DNA from: Myxococcales bacterium
GTDB taxonomy: Bacteria; Myxococcota_A; Polyangia; Fen-1088
Direction of reading: 5' to 3'
Assembly: GCA_031398585.1 (NCBI GenBank)
Contig: JANNNO010000288.1
Location: 1-48,432 of the forward strand
DNA: 48,432 nucleotides
A model generated the notes under the pieces. It was not told the DNA's origin and made no database searches. It saw nothing but the letters and a program-made list of their open reading frames with translations. Shown piece after piece: positions 18,610 through 27,536 of the stretch. The position numbers and the translations under genes were made by a program. The stretch's first letter is position 1, and the number at the start of each line of letters is the position of its first letter.

Positions 18610-19255
18610 GCGACTCCTTCTGCACCCGCGCGGGGACGCCCATCATGAGCACGCCGTCGGGCGCGTCGCTCACCAGCACGGCGCCCATGGCGAGCAAGAC
18701 ACCTCGCCCAACGCGGACGTGATCCCGCACCCGACTGCCGAGGCCGATGAAGGTTTCGGGGCCGATCTGGGCGCCGCCGCCGACGATGGCGCCCGGAGCC
18801 AACACCGCGAAGTCGCCGATCAGCACGTCGTGTTCGACGATGGCCCCGGTGTTCACGATGCAGTGGCGGCCGAGCTCGGCGCCCGGGTTCACGATGGCGC
18901 CTGCGAGAACGACGCTTCCTGCACCGACGGTCGCCGAGGGGGCGATCGCGGCGCGGGGATGAACGATGGTCGCGAAGCCGGCGCCGGCAGCTTCGTAGTG
19001 CATGGTGAGCCGCACGCGCAGCGGTTGCGGACCGACGGCTCCCATCGCTAGCACGAATTCGTACTGGCCCGTGCGGGCGAGCTTGAGGCCTTCGTCGTCG
19101 CCGCCCAGCCAGGGCAGGCCGGTGCCCGCCGCTGCCAGCCCAGGCGGACTGGGATCGATGAAGCCCGCGAAGCTGCGATCGCCGTCGGCGCGGGCGGCGT
19201 CGAGAAGGACGCGGGCGTGCTCACCGCCACCGATGAGGATGAGGGGACGCTTCAT
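18593..19255 (-). CDS. Hexapeptide-repeat sugar N-acetyltransferase (NeuD/PglD/LegH-like)
   Basis: LILIGGGEHARVLLDAA N-terminal Rossmann-like half plus left-handed beta-helix repeats (IVNPGAELGRHCIVNTGAIVEHDVLIGDFAVLAPGAIVGG). Confidence 0.8.
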   Translation of the reverse strand: MKRPLILIGGGEHARVLLDAARADGDRSFAGFIDPSPPGLAAAGTGLPWLGGDDEGLKLARTGQYEFVLAMGAVGPQPLRVRLTMHYEAAGAGFATIVHPRAAIAPSATVGAGSVVLAGAIVNPGAELGRHCIVNTGAIVEHDVLIGDFAVLAPGAIVGGGAQIGPETFIGLGSRVRDHVRVGRGVLLAMGAVLVSDAPDGVLMMGVPARVQKESRVAGA

Positions 19256-20331
19256 GCCGAGAGCTCCGTCGGATAGGCCGCCACGTCGCCGTTGCGGACC
19301 TGGGTTTGGGACGACACGGGGCGGGCGAGGGCATGGCCGACGAAATCAGCAAGGCGGCTCGGGCAGACGCCGTCTGCGGGTCGCAGCGCCTGCAGATCGC
19401 TCGCAGCCACGATGTGACCAGCGGGAAGCGCGCGTCGCCAGTAGAGACTGCGACGGGCGACGGCGGCGACCGCGCGTTCGGCGGGCGTCGGGAGCTTTTC
19501 GCCGTTACCAAGGGCTGCCTCGGCCGCGCGGATCCCGCGCACCATGGCGGCTAGCTCACCTGGCTCGAGCGAGGCGCGGTGGTCGGGACCGGGCAGGTTT
19601 CGATTGACCGTGAAGTGCTTCTCGATCAGCTCGGCTCCGAGCGCCGCGGCCGCGATCGCGACCTCGGTACCGAGCGTATGGTCCGACCAGCCGACGGGAC
19701 AGCCAAAGCGCTGCCGCAAGGTCGCCATCGCGCGCAAGTTGGCCTCGGCCGGCTCGCAGGGGTAGTTCGACACGCAATGAAACAGGGCCACCGGCGGATC
19801 CCCGCCGGCCTTGACGGCAGCCAGCGCACCGGCGACCTCATCGAGCACCGCCATTCCCGTCGAGAGCAGAAGCGGCAGTCCGGCGGCCGCCGCGTGTGCC
19901 ACCAGCAGGTGATTGGTCAGCTCGCCCGAGCCGAGCTTGAGCGCCGGCACGCCGAGCTCGACCAAGAAGTCGGCCGAGCCTTCATCGAACGGGGTCGAGA
20001 GGAAGACGAGGCCGCGACGAGCGGCTTGTGCAGCCAGCTCATGGTGCAGGCCGCGCGGTAGCACCAGCGCCTCGAGCATCTCGCGTTGTGTGCGCGCCAT
20101 TCCGTCGTTACGCTCCTGATAGGCGGCCTTGGGCGCGTTCGCCGTCACCAGCAGCGCGGGATCGAAGGTCTGGAACTTCACGGCGTCGACGCCGGCGTCA
20201 GCCGCGATGTCGATCAATTGGCGGGCCAGCGCTGGGTCGCCGTTGTGGTTGACCCCCGCCTCCGCGATGATGAAGCAGCGCTGCCCCTCGCCGATGCGCG
20301 TCTCGCCGATCGCAAACCCTCTGCTCGTCAT
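19252..20331 (-). CDS. neuB: Nonulosonic acid synthase (NeuB/LegI-like)
   Basis: CFIIAEAGVNHNGDPALARQLIDIAADAGVDAVKFQTF, and a C-terminal SAF-like domain. Start at MTSRGF with ATGA overlap with the upstream gene. Confidence 0.9.
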   Translation of the reverse strand: MTSRGFAIGETRIGEGQRCFIIAEAGVNHNGDPALARQLIDIAADAGVDAVKFQTFDPALLVTANAPKAAYQERNDGMARTQREMLEALVLPRGLHHELAAQAARRGLVFLSTPFDEGSADFLVELGVPALKLGSGELTNHLLVAHAAAAGLPLLLSTGMAVLDEVAGALAAVKAGGDPPVALFHCVSNYPCEPAEANLRAMATLRQRFGCPVGWSDHTLGTEVAIAAAALGAELIEKHFTVNRNLPGPDHRASLEPGELAAMVRGIRAAEAALGNGEKLPTPAERAVAAVARRSLYWRRALPAGHIVAASDLQALRPADGVCPSRLADFVGHALARPVSSQTQVRNGDVAAYPTELSA

Positions 20332-21128
20332 GTCCCGCTCGCCCCTCCCTTGCCAACCTCGGTAGCCAACCAGGGCAGATGCCATTGGCCCTTTTCAATC
20401 ATCGCTTCGGCGACGAGGGCATCGGCCAGCTCGTCGATCGAGAGCGCGCGTGATTCGGGAATCACCAGCGGCACGTGCCGGCCGCGCGTCCAGTCGGGTC
20501 CCGTCGTCGCGACGAAGTCCCGACGCCACAGGTAGACCGAGCCGTTGATGCGAAGAAACCTGGGCGCGTCTTGCCGCCGCGTGAGGGCTGCGGGCCGAGG
20601 CAGCGCTGGCTCGATGAGTCCGTCGCGCTCGATGACGCCGACGTAGTAGGGATTGAAGTGCGGCTCCGAGCAGCCCACCACGCCATCGGCCTGCGGGTTG
20701 GCGGCGAGCAGCGGAAAGGTCGCCGCGACGTCCTCGGGCAGGCGCCCGGGGCTCGTCGGCTCGAGCAGCAGGACGGCGTCGTAAGTGCGCCTCTCCTCGG
20801 CCTCGACGTGAGCCAGGGCGTGCTGCAGGACCGCGATGCTCGAAGCGCCGTCGTTGGCTAGCTCGGCCGGGCGCAGGAACGGAACCTCGCCGCCGTGAGC
20901 GCGTGCGACAGCGGCGATGTCGGCGTCGTCGGTCGAGACCAGCGTGCGCGTGATCTGCGGGACGCGCGCGGCACAGGCGAGAGCATGCGCGATGAGCGGG
21001 AGGCCGGCGAGCGGGCGCACGTTCTTGCCGGGCAGGCCCTTGGAGCCGCCCCGAGCCGGGATCACGCAGAGCACGAGACCGGCGGCGGGCGCAGGGCTCG
21101 TGTCAGAGGTGTGGCGCGACGAAGTCAT
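20328..21128 (-). CDS. neuA: CMP-nonulosonate synthetase (acylneuraminate cytidylyltransferase, NeuA/LegF-like)
   Basis: CVIPARGGSKGLPGKNVRPLAGLPLIAHAL signature. Start chosen at MTSSRH; the longer track ORF has no family support. Confidence 0.85.
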   Translation of the reverse strand: MTSSRHTSDTSPAPAAGLVLCVIPARGGSKGLPGKNVRPLAGLPLIAHALACAARVPQITRTLVSTDDADIAAVARAHGGEVPFLRPAELANDGASSIAVLQHALAHVEAEERRTYDAVLLLEPTSPGRLPEDVAATFPLLAANPQADGVVGCSEPHFNPYYVGVIERDGLIEPALPRPAALTRRQDAPRFLRINGSVYLWRRDFVATTGPDWTRGRHVPLVIPESRALSIDELADALVAEAMIEKGQWHLPWLATEVGKGGASGT

Positions 21129-21184
21129 CGATGTGGCGAACCACGGCCGAAAAGCGAGACCGCGCGGTTCGTGGTAGCGGTCGT

Positions 21185-21200
21185 TGCAGAAAGGGGGCCA
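21185..21200 (-). promoter_or_regulatory. Candidate sigma54 (-24/-12) promoter upstream of neuA
   Basis: Minus strand reads TGGCCC-CCTTT-CTGCA (GG-N10-GC spacing), about 57 nt upstream of the neuA ATG in the only sizeable gap (97 nt) of the glycosylation operon. Confidence 0.35.
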
Positions 21201-21225
21201 GCGCCCAGTCCCCTCGCGCCCTGCC

Positions 21226-23214
21226 TCAACCGAGCTCGGCGACTGCCCGGGCCACCGGCGGTTCCAGCATCTCGGCGATGTTGGCGATGGCGGTGAAGAG
21301 CCGCGCTTCGGCAGCCTCCAGCTCATCGAGGTTGGCCAGTTCGTCCCCATCCTTGCGCACGATGGCCCGCGTGGCGCTCTGGACGAGGACGGAGAGAAAC
21401 GGACGTGTGCGGCTGATGGCGGCGATGTCGGAGGCGAGCTTCGCGCGGCGGTCGCCCTGATCTTCGGGAGAGAGGCGCCCGATCTCGCGAGCGAAGCTCG
21501 CCAGCGAGCGTAGGTCCGCCGCGAAGGCCGCCAGGTGATCGAGCATCTTGCGCGCGCGTTCGGGTGCGCCTGGGCCGAGCCGCGCGGCGATTCGGGCGTC
21601 GACGTCGATGGGACCCGACGGGAGCTCTTGCGCGGCCTGCGCCAGCGTCATGTGCTCCATCCCAGCCAGAAAAGCGCCCCCTTCGGTTGCGTTGATGAAT
21701 CGAATCGGCGCCAGCTCGGCGACCGTTCGACGCAGTCGCTCGATCTCGTGCACGAAGAGATCGGTGGTCGTCACTGGGGTTCCGAAAAAACCCGGAACCT
21801 CCGACAGCTTGTAGACCTGGCCCGCCAGGAACGCCTTGACGGCGGTGTCATCGCCAAGGCCGTCGCCGAGCCGGAGCTTCGCTGTATGTCCGGCAAAGCT
21901 GACTTCCTTGCCGCCCGCGACGATGGCCGGCTGCGAGGCCCCGTCAGCCGACGACGAGGCGTAGTACTGACCTCCGGCCAGGGCGAGGTCGCGGCCGATG
22001 GAGATGATCGTACTGCAGCCGAGCCAGGCGCACAGTTTGATGGCGCCGGTGGGCACCGTGCCGCCGCTGCCGACCGAGGCGTTCTCGTCGAGAAAGTCGT
22101 AGATCCAGGTCTCGACCAGCGGCGAGGAGGCGAGCGTCACGAGGCGATCGCAGGGCACCGCGAAGAGGGACGGATCGACACTCGCCCCGAGCACGAGAGT
22201 CCCGATGTCACCCGGGCGCGTCCCCTCGAAGTGGTACGAGACGTTGAGCGGATCCACGGTGAGTACGACGTCGGCGCGCACGCCGTGGCGCCGCAAGCTG
22301 GCGACGGTCTGATTGATCGCCACGATGACGGCGCGCCCCTGCAAAGCGCGCAGCTGCGCAATGTTCTTGTCGAGCGAAGGACCGGCCGACACGACGACGG
22401 CGGGCAACCCCTCGAGCGCGCCTCGCAAGGTCGCGACTGAAGGTGTGCGTGCGATGGCCGCCAGGTTGCGGCTCGCCTTGGCGGCGAAGATGTGAGCCTC
22501 TTCCAGCATCTGCAGGGCATCGACGCCGGCGAACTCCAGCGTTGCCAGCAGCTGCGTGCGCAATGCCTCTTCCGAGACCGCGGGATCGGGGCCCGCGGTG
22601 GCCACGCGGACGCGCTCGGGCAGAGGCCAGGCCATGAGCGTCGTCACCTCGCCGAGCGAGGCGAGGCCGTGCACGTTCCAGCGACAAGCTTGGGGCCCCT
22701 CGAGTGCGGGCGGAGTGCAGGGCGCCGTCTCGTCCATGCTGAGCACACGACTCTGTCCGCGCGCCTGCAAGCGGGCGGCAACATCGGCCGAGCCGCGTCC
22801 CACCAGAGCCACCAGATCGCGGTGCGGGTTCCAGGGTGGCGCCGCCAGGATCTCGGCCAGACCCGTCATGGCTTCGTCGGTCGCTTGTCCGTGGGCCAGG
22901 AGCCACGCGGGTAGCGACGAGCTGCCAGCCTGGCCCAGGGCGTTCGCGATCGTGCCGTCGGCCTGGCCAACCGCGGTCACGGCGGCGCGGATCGCGTGGA
23001 CCTTGTCGGGCGACAGCGCCCCCGCTTCCCCGAGGGCACGTTGCAGGGCTGGCAGGCGTGCGGCGTGTGCCAGAAGGTCAGCATATGCCTCCGCAGCGGC
23101 CGCCCCGTCCACGCGAGCGATCGCCGCGCCGAGCGACCGGGCGGCCTCGGCGCGTGCGACGAGGCACCCGGTGAGGGCAGCGACAATCTCGCTCGGGCTT
23201 GCGTCCGAGACCAT
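21226..23214 (-). CDS. maf: Motility accessory factor (Maf/DUF115-type) putative flagellin nonulosonate glycosyltransferase
   Basis: Central block GLPAVVVSAGPSLDKNIAQLRALQGRAVIVAINQTVASLRRHGVRADVVLTVDP is typical of Maf/MptE-like proteins. Lies between the GT2-TPR gene and the CMP-sugar pathway. Confidence 0.8.
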   Translation of the reverse strand: MVSDASPSEIVAALTGCLVARAEAARSLGAAIARVDGAAAAEAYADLLAHAARLPALQRALGEAGALSPDKVHAIRAAVTAVGQADGTIANALGQAGSSSLPAWLLAHGQATDEAMTGLAEILAAPPWNPHRDLVALVGRGSADVAARLQARGQSRVLSMDETAPCTPPALEGPQACRWNVHGLASLGEVTTLMAWPLPERVRVATAGPDPAVSEEALRTQLLATLEFAGVDALQMLEEAHIFAAKASRNLAAIARTPSVATLRGALEGLPAVVVSAGPSLDKNIAQLRALQGRAVIVAINQTVASLRRHGVRADVVLTVDPLNVSYHFEGTRPGDIGTLVLGASVDPSLFAVPCDRLVTLASSPLVETWIYDFLDENASVGSGGTVPTGAIKLCAWLGCSTIISIGRDLALAGGQYYASSSADGASQPAIVAGGKEVSFAGHTAKLRLGDGLGDDTAVKAFLAGQVYKLSEVPGFFGTPVTTTDLFVHEIERLRRTVAELAPIRFINATEGGAFLAGMEHMTLAQAAQELPSGPIDVDARIAARLGPGAPERARKMLDHLAAFAADLRSLASFAREIGRLSPEDQGDRRAKLASDIAAISRTRPFLSVLVQSATRAIVRKDGDELANLDELEAAEARLFTAIANIAEMLEPPVARAVAELG

Positions 23215-23219
23215 CGCCG

Positions 23220-24443
23220 TCAGACGGACGAGAGCGCTTGGGTCAGCTCGGGCGTCGCACCGAACTTGCCGGTGTAGTCGGCCACGAACTGATTGACCAT
23301 GGCGTTGCCACCGGCCATGCGGCAGATGCTGGTCGCAGCCAGCAGCGCTTCGGGATCGCGGTGGTTGTGTAGCAGCGCCTGTTCGGTGAACGTCCAGGCC
23401 TGCTCGAGGCCCTGCGGGCGAGCCAGCGCGATGCGCGCCAGTCCCATCAGCGGCCGCACCGTGGCCAGCTCGCGATCACTCGTGGTATCGGCGAGGTCCA
23501 GGCAGTGGCCGAAGCTCTCGACGGCGCCCACCGGATCGCCAGCGCGTTCCAGCCACTCGCCCTGGCGCAAATAGAACGCGGCCGAGTCACTGAGGTGCGC
23601 GGCGTAGGTGTGCAGGAAGGCGAGTGCCCGGGCCGGGTCGGCGCCGTGCAGGTTCGTCGCCAGCAACGCGACGAGATCGCCGCCGAAGGGTTGGTCGTCG
23701 AGGACCTCCTGTCCGACCTGTGCGATGGCCGCCACGCAGGCAGCCGCGACTTCCTTGCCGAGGCTGGCGTCCGACCAGAAGCGCGCCAGCTCGAGCAGTT
23801 TGTAGTGGCTGTAGAGATCCTTGGGATCCTCTGCGATCGCCTGGCGCAACAACGCCTCGTCACGGCTCCGCTTGCCGCGTGCCAGGGCGCGATCCCGCTG
23901 GTAACCAAGGTGGTCCACGGCAGCTGGTAGGCTGCGCAGTGCCAGGCCTGTCCGCGCCAGGTAGACGCTCACGCTGCTCGCGACCTCCTCGTGGATGCGA
24001 TGGCGAAAGCGGATGCTAGCGTCGTTGCGGAAGATGCGCAGCAGCTGAGCCTGATTGATTCCACCGTGAGGCATCGTGTTGACGATGCGGATGGTGGCCG
24101 CGCCCGCGTGCTCGTCCGCAGCCAGGGCCCGGACCTGCGTCACGAACGTGGCGCTCACCATCTCGTCGGCGTCGAGGCAGACGATCCAGCGACCGGTGGC
24201 GGCCTCGAGCCCCGCATTGCGGGCGGCGGCGAAGTCGTCGTCCCAGGGTCGCTCGATGATCTTGGCGCCAGCGGCGCGCAAGATGGCGAGGGTTCCGTCG
24301 GTCGAACCCGTGTCGACGACACAGAGCTCGTCCCACAGGCCTGCGGCCTGGGCAAGGAACCGGGGAAGTAGCTCAGCCTCGTTCTTGACGATGAGGCAGC
24401 AGCTGATCAGGGGGCTTGTGTCAGATTGTTGACCCGTATGCAT
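23220..24443 (-). CDS. Family-2 (GT-A) glycosyltransferase fused to C-terminal TPR-like repeats
   Basis: ISCCLIVKNEAELLPRFL...VVDTGSTDGT...DDDFAAARNAGL...CLDADE (DxD). Helical repeat C-terminal half. Start at MHTGQQ. Confidence 0.8.
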   Translation of the reverse strand: MHTGQQSDTSPLISCCLIVKNEAELLPRFLAQAAGLWDELCVVDTGSTDGTLAILRAAGAKIIERPWDDDFAAARNAGLEAATGRWIVCLDADEMVSATFVTQVRALAADEHAGAATIRIVNTMPHGGINQAQLLRIFRNDASIRFRHRIHEEVASSVSVYLARTGLALRSLPAAVDHLGYQRDRALARGKRSRDEALLRQAIAEDPKDLYSHYKLLELARFWSDASLGKEVAAACVAAIAQVGQEVLDDQPFGGDLVALLATNLHGADPARALAFLHTYAAHLSDSAAFYLRQGEWLERAGDPVGAVESFGHCLDLADTTSDRELATVRPLMGLARIALARPQGLEQAWTFTEQALLHNHRDPEALLAATSICRMAGGNAMVNQFVADYTGKFGATPELTQALSSV

Positions 24444-24726
24444 CGGATGCTCTCCGATGTACGGACGACTGCAAGAGCGCGGCCACGACTGTCGACTGGG
24501 TCTGGTGAGCCAATGCTTCGCAACGAGCCTGGAGGTCGCGGGCCAGCGCGAGTTCGTCGGGTGGCATCGAGGCGCCGGCCGCGCCGATGGCGGCACAGGC
24601 TTCATTCACGCGATCACTGGCGGAGGCCGCGGCGGCCAGATCGCTGCTCTCGAGGGCAGCGAGCGTCTCCCGGAGCGCCCTTACGAGCGCCTCGGCGAGT
24701 GCGGCGCCGGACGGCCCGGCCGTCAC
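24421..24726 (-). CDS. Small helical protein, possible FliT-like export chaperone
   Basis: 101 aa with GTGA overlap with the fliS stop. C-terminal ...ALLQSSVHRRASDAYG resembles the Salmonella FliT C-terminus (...QSTRQKSLNNAYG). Weak, by eye. Confidence 0.4.
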   Translation of the reverse strand: MTAGPSGAALAEALVRALRETLAALESSDLAAAASASDRVNEACAAIGAAGASMPPDELALARDLQARCEALAHQTQSTVVAALLQSSVHRRASDAYGSTI

Positions 24727-25127
24727 GGTTGTGGCGCCCCGGCGCGCGGTGCCTCACCGCGCTCGAGCTTGGTGACGGCCTCGGAGAAGCCGAGCACGAT
24801 GGGCTCGAAGGCCCTCGCCGCCTCTTCTGCCGGTTTGCCAGTCAGGGTGAGCAGCGCCCGATCGATCCGGCCGATGACGAAGACGTACACGCGCGAGAGA
24901 TTCTCGCAGAGCTGCGGGTGGGTGGCGTGGTGGAGCGTATTGAGCAGCTCCTGCACGATGTCCGAGGCCTTGCCGAGAGCCTTGATGGCGTCCGCGTTCT
25001 TGCGTTCATCGAAGAGCTTCGCGCCCGTCCGCATGTGGCGCAGGCCAGCCTCGAAAAGCATCACCATGAGGCGCTCGCGTGAGGCCGTTTCGGTCTGAGT
25101 CTTGGAATATGCCCGTGACGCGTTCAT
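24723..25127 (-). CDS. fliS: Flagellin-specific chaperone FliS
   Basis: MNASRAYSKTQTETASRERLMVMLFEAGLRHMR... is a typical FliS four-helix protein. Directly downstream of fliD. Confidence 0.9.
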   Translation of the reverse strand: MNASRAYSKTQTETASRERLMVMLFEAGLRHMRTGAKLFDERKNADAIKALGKASDIVQELLNTLHHATHPQLCENLSRVYVFVIGRIDRALLTLTGKPAEEAARAFEPIVLGFSEAVTKLERGEAPRAGAPQP

Positions 25128-25130
25128 CGA

Positions 25131-26468
25131 TTACCCTCCAAATCCGAACCCGTTCGCACTGACTTGCGTGAGGAAGTTTCCCGTCGACTTCATGGTCGAG
25201 ACGACCTTTTCCATCGCTGTAAACTGATTGATGAGTTCGGTCCGACGCCCCTGGAGCCTCAGCTCCATGTTCGCGATCTGGCCGTCCAGCTTTTTGACCG
25301 AGTCCTGCAGCCCCTTGGTGCGGCTGGCGAAAAGGCCGTTGCTGATGTTGTTGAAACGTTCGACGAGGGATTTGGTGACGGCTCCCAGACCCACCGTGGT
25401 CTTGCTGAAGAGATCGTTGACCGCCTGCGCATCCTTACCGAGCGCCTTGTTGAGAACCGTGGTGTCGATGCTGAGCGCGCCGTCACTCGCGGTCTTGAGC
25501 CCGATGTCGGCCAGCGTCCGGATGGTGACCGTCGAGACTTCGCTCACCTTGGTCGTGAGGAGCGCCTGGAGATTCGATTGCAAGCCTCGGATCGAGGTGT
25601 CGCCCGCGAGCGTGGCCGATCGATCGCTGCCAGGGGGCGAGACGAGCTGGGCCTGGAGCATCTTGAGCACGCCGTTGTAGGCATCCACGAACTTGCCTAC
25701 GTTGGTCTTGGTCCCCTCGGTGTCATTGCCAATGACCAGCGTCTCGGCCGTACCGGGCTGCGCCTTCAGGCTCAACGTGACGCCTGGGATGACGTCGCTG
25801 ACCGTGTTCGAGGATCGGGTGATCGGCAATCCATTGACGTTGAAGGCAGCGTTGTTGGCCGCGGTGACGGTTGCGCCGAGGATTCCGCTGGTGTCAGTGA
25901 TCGAAAGCGCGGCTCCCGATGTCGGGGTGCCGGTCTGGTTGTTGGTGAGCGAAAGGTAAGAGAGCGTGCCGTCGCTGATCACGGTCGCGCTGATGGGCGC
26001 GCCGGTTTCGCGAATCTTGGTCGCCATGTCCGAAAGCGTGGTTCCAGCGGCAACCGTGAAGCCGTAGGCGACCCCCTGCACGGTGAAGTCGAACTGACCC
26101 GTGTTGACCACGGTGCTGGACGACGCGAAACCGGTGGAGAGTGCGGACGCTGCCGAGGCAAGCGTGGAGACGGTGACGGTGTGGCGGCCCGCGATGGCGC
26201 CGGCACCGGTCGTGGCGTCGAACCCGGTATGGGAGGTGGTCACCTTGGTGGCGACGCTGCCCGACGAAGCGAGAGTCTTGGCGGCAGAGGAAAGCTCGGA
26301 GAGCTTCGAGCGGATCTTGCCGATCTCGGAGATCTGAGTCTTGAGGCCGGTCTGGCGCTTGCGAACCAAGTCGAGCGGCCGGCTCTCCAGCTCGACCAGC
26401 TTGTCGATGATGAGGTTGGTATCGAGACCGGAGGCGAGCCCACCAGCGCGGAAAGATGATTCAGCCAT
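25131..26468 (-). CDS. fliD: Flagellar filament cap protein FliD
   Basis: N-terminus FRAGGLASGLDTNLIIDKLVELESRPLDLVRKRQTGLKTQISEIGKIRSKL and C-terminal FTAMEKVVSTMKSTGNFL. Confidence 0.9.
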   Translation of the reverse strand: MAESSFRAGGLASGLDTNLIIDKLVELESRPLDLVRKRQTGLKTQISEIGKIRSKLSELSSAAKTLASSGSVATKVTTSHTGFDATTGAGAIAGRHTVTVSTLASAASALSTGFASSSTVVNTGQFDFTVQGVAYGFTVAAGTTLSDMATKIRETGAPISATVISDGTLSYLSLTNNQTGTPTSGAALSITDTSGILGATVTAANNAAFNVNGLPITRSSNTVSDVIPGVTLSLKAQPGTAETLVIGNDTEGTKTNVGKFVDAYNGVLKMLQAQLVSPPGSDRSATLAGDTSIRGLQSNLQALLTTKVSEVSTVTIRTLADIGLKTASDGALSIDTTVLNKALGKDAQAVNDLFSKTTVGLGAVTKSLVERFNNISNGLFASRTKGLQDSVKKLDGQIANMELRLQGRRTELINQFTAMEKVVSTMKSTGNFLTQVSANGFGFGG

Positions 26469-26506
26469 TTGTCGCGTCCTTTCCGGGTGGGAGTTGAGAA
26501 CGAGGG

Positions 26507-26533
26507 CCGCTCCGCGGGTTTGCCGCGGAGCGG
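26507..26533 (-). terminator. Hairpin between flagellin 1 stop and fliD start (putative terminator/attenuator)
   Basis: 11-bp perfect stem CCGCTCCGCGG / CCGCGGAGCGG with a 5-nt loop. No clear U-tract on the minus strand, which is common in high-GC genomes. Confidence 0.5.
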
Positions 26534-26590
26534 ATTCGTTGAAAGCCTACGGGGTCTCTCTATATGCCTCGGAAGGCGGAGCCTCTTGGT

Positions 26591-27418
26591 TTAGCCAAGG
26601 AGCTTCATGGCCATCTGCGGCAGCTGGTTCGCCTGCGACAAGACCGACACACCGGCCTGCACGAGGATCTGCGCGCGGGACATGGCCGAGGTCTCTTCCG
26701 CGACATCGACGTCCTTGATCCGGCTGTTGGCGGCCGAGATGTTCTCGGACGAGGTGCGGATGGTCGAGGTGACCGTCTGGAGGCGGTTGCCGGCGGCGCC
26801 GAGGCGTGCGCGACCCGCCGAGACCGACTGAATCGCCGTGTCGATGGTGGCCAGGGCGGCCTGAGCGTTGCCGGCCGTCGAGATCGAGAGGCCCGAGGTG
26901 CCGAGCGCGGTGTTGTTCGCGTCGAAGCTCGAGATCGTGATGCGGTCGTTCGCCGCGACGTTACGGATACCGACCTGGAAGGTCAGGGTGCCCGTGGCGC
27001 CGTTGAGCAGCGCGGTGCCGTTGTACTCGGCCGAGTTGGCGATACGGTCGAGCTCGGTGACCAGGTTGTCGACCTCGTCCTGGATGTAGGTACGCTCGGT
27101 GTTGCTCACGCCGTCCGAGGCGGACTGCATGGAGAGCTCACGAAGACGGGTGAGGATGTTGGTCGTCTCGTTGAGAGCGCCTTCCGCGGTCTGGATGAGC
27201 GACATACCGTCCGAGGCGTTACGCGCTGCCTGGTTGTAGCTGCGGATCTGTGCGCCGAGGTTGCTGCTGATACCGAGGCCGGCGGCGTCATCGCCCGCTT
27301 TGGTGATCCGGAAGCCCGAAGACAACTTGGAGAGCGATGAGTTCAGCATCGTCTCGGTCGCAGAGAGGTTGCGTTGCGCATTCAAAGAACTGATGTTGGT
27401 ACGAATCGACATAGCCAT
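26591..27418 (-). CDS. fliC: Flagellin (275 aa, D0/D1-only short type), copy 1
   Basis: MAMSIRTNISSLNAQRNL...LSSGFRITKAGDDAAGL...RIKDVDVAEETSAMSRAQILVQAGVSVLSQANQLPQMAMKLLG. Confidence 0.95.
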   Translation of the reverse strand: MAMSIRTNISSLNAQRNLSATETMLNSSLSKLSSGFRITKAGDDAAGLGISSNLGAQIRSYNQAARNASDGMSLIQTAEGALNETTNILTRLRELSMQSASDGVSNTERTYIQDEVDNLVTELDRIANSAEYNGTALLNGATGTLTFQVGIRNVAANDRITISSFDANNTALGTSGLSISTAGNAQAALATIDTAIQSVSAGRARLGAAGNRLQTVTSTIRTSSENISAANSRIKDVDVAEETSAMSRAQILVQAGVSVLSQANQLPQMAMKLLG

Positions 27419-27509
27419 GGTTGCTTCTCCTCAGTGAGACGGCGTTTGCCGCCATTACTTGGGCCTCTTTGCCGGCCCTGCGCGGACCCCGTGTCCGCCT
27501 TCGAGAAGT

Positions 27510-27536
27510 CTTTCGACACGGCCTCGAAGTCCGTTA
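27510..27536 (-). promoter_or_regulatory. Sigma28 (FliA)-type promoter of flagellin copy 1
   Basis: Minus strand reads TAAC-N15-GTCGAAAG (consensus TAAA-N15-GCCGATAA). The extended motif CTTAACG...CCGTGTCGAAAGACTTC is shared with the copy 2 promoter. Confidence 0.65.

Noticed and set aside
27419-27505. Possible CsrA binding sites (A(N)GGA) in the flagellin 5-prime leaders, for example CACAAGGAGAA in copy 2 and CACTGAGGAGAA in copy 1.
   Set aside because: These overlap ordinary SD sequences. The second upstream site lacks a GGA core. No csrA or fliW is present in the window, although many relatives place them after flgL.
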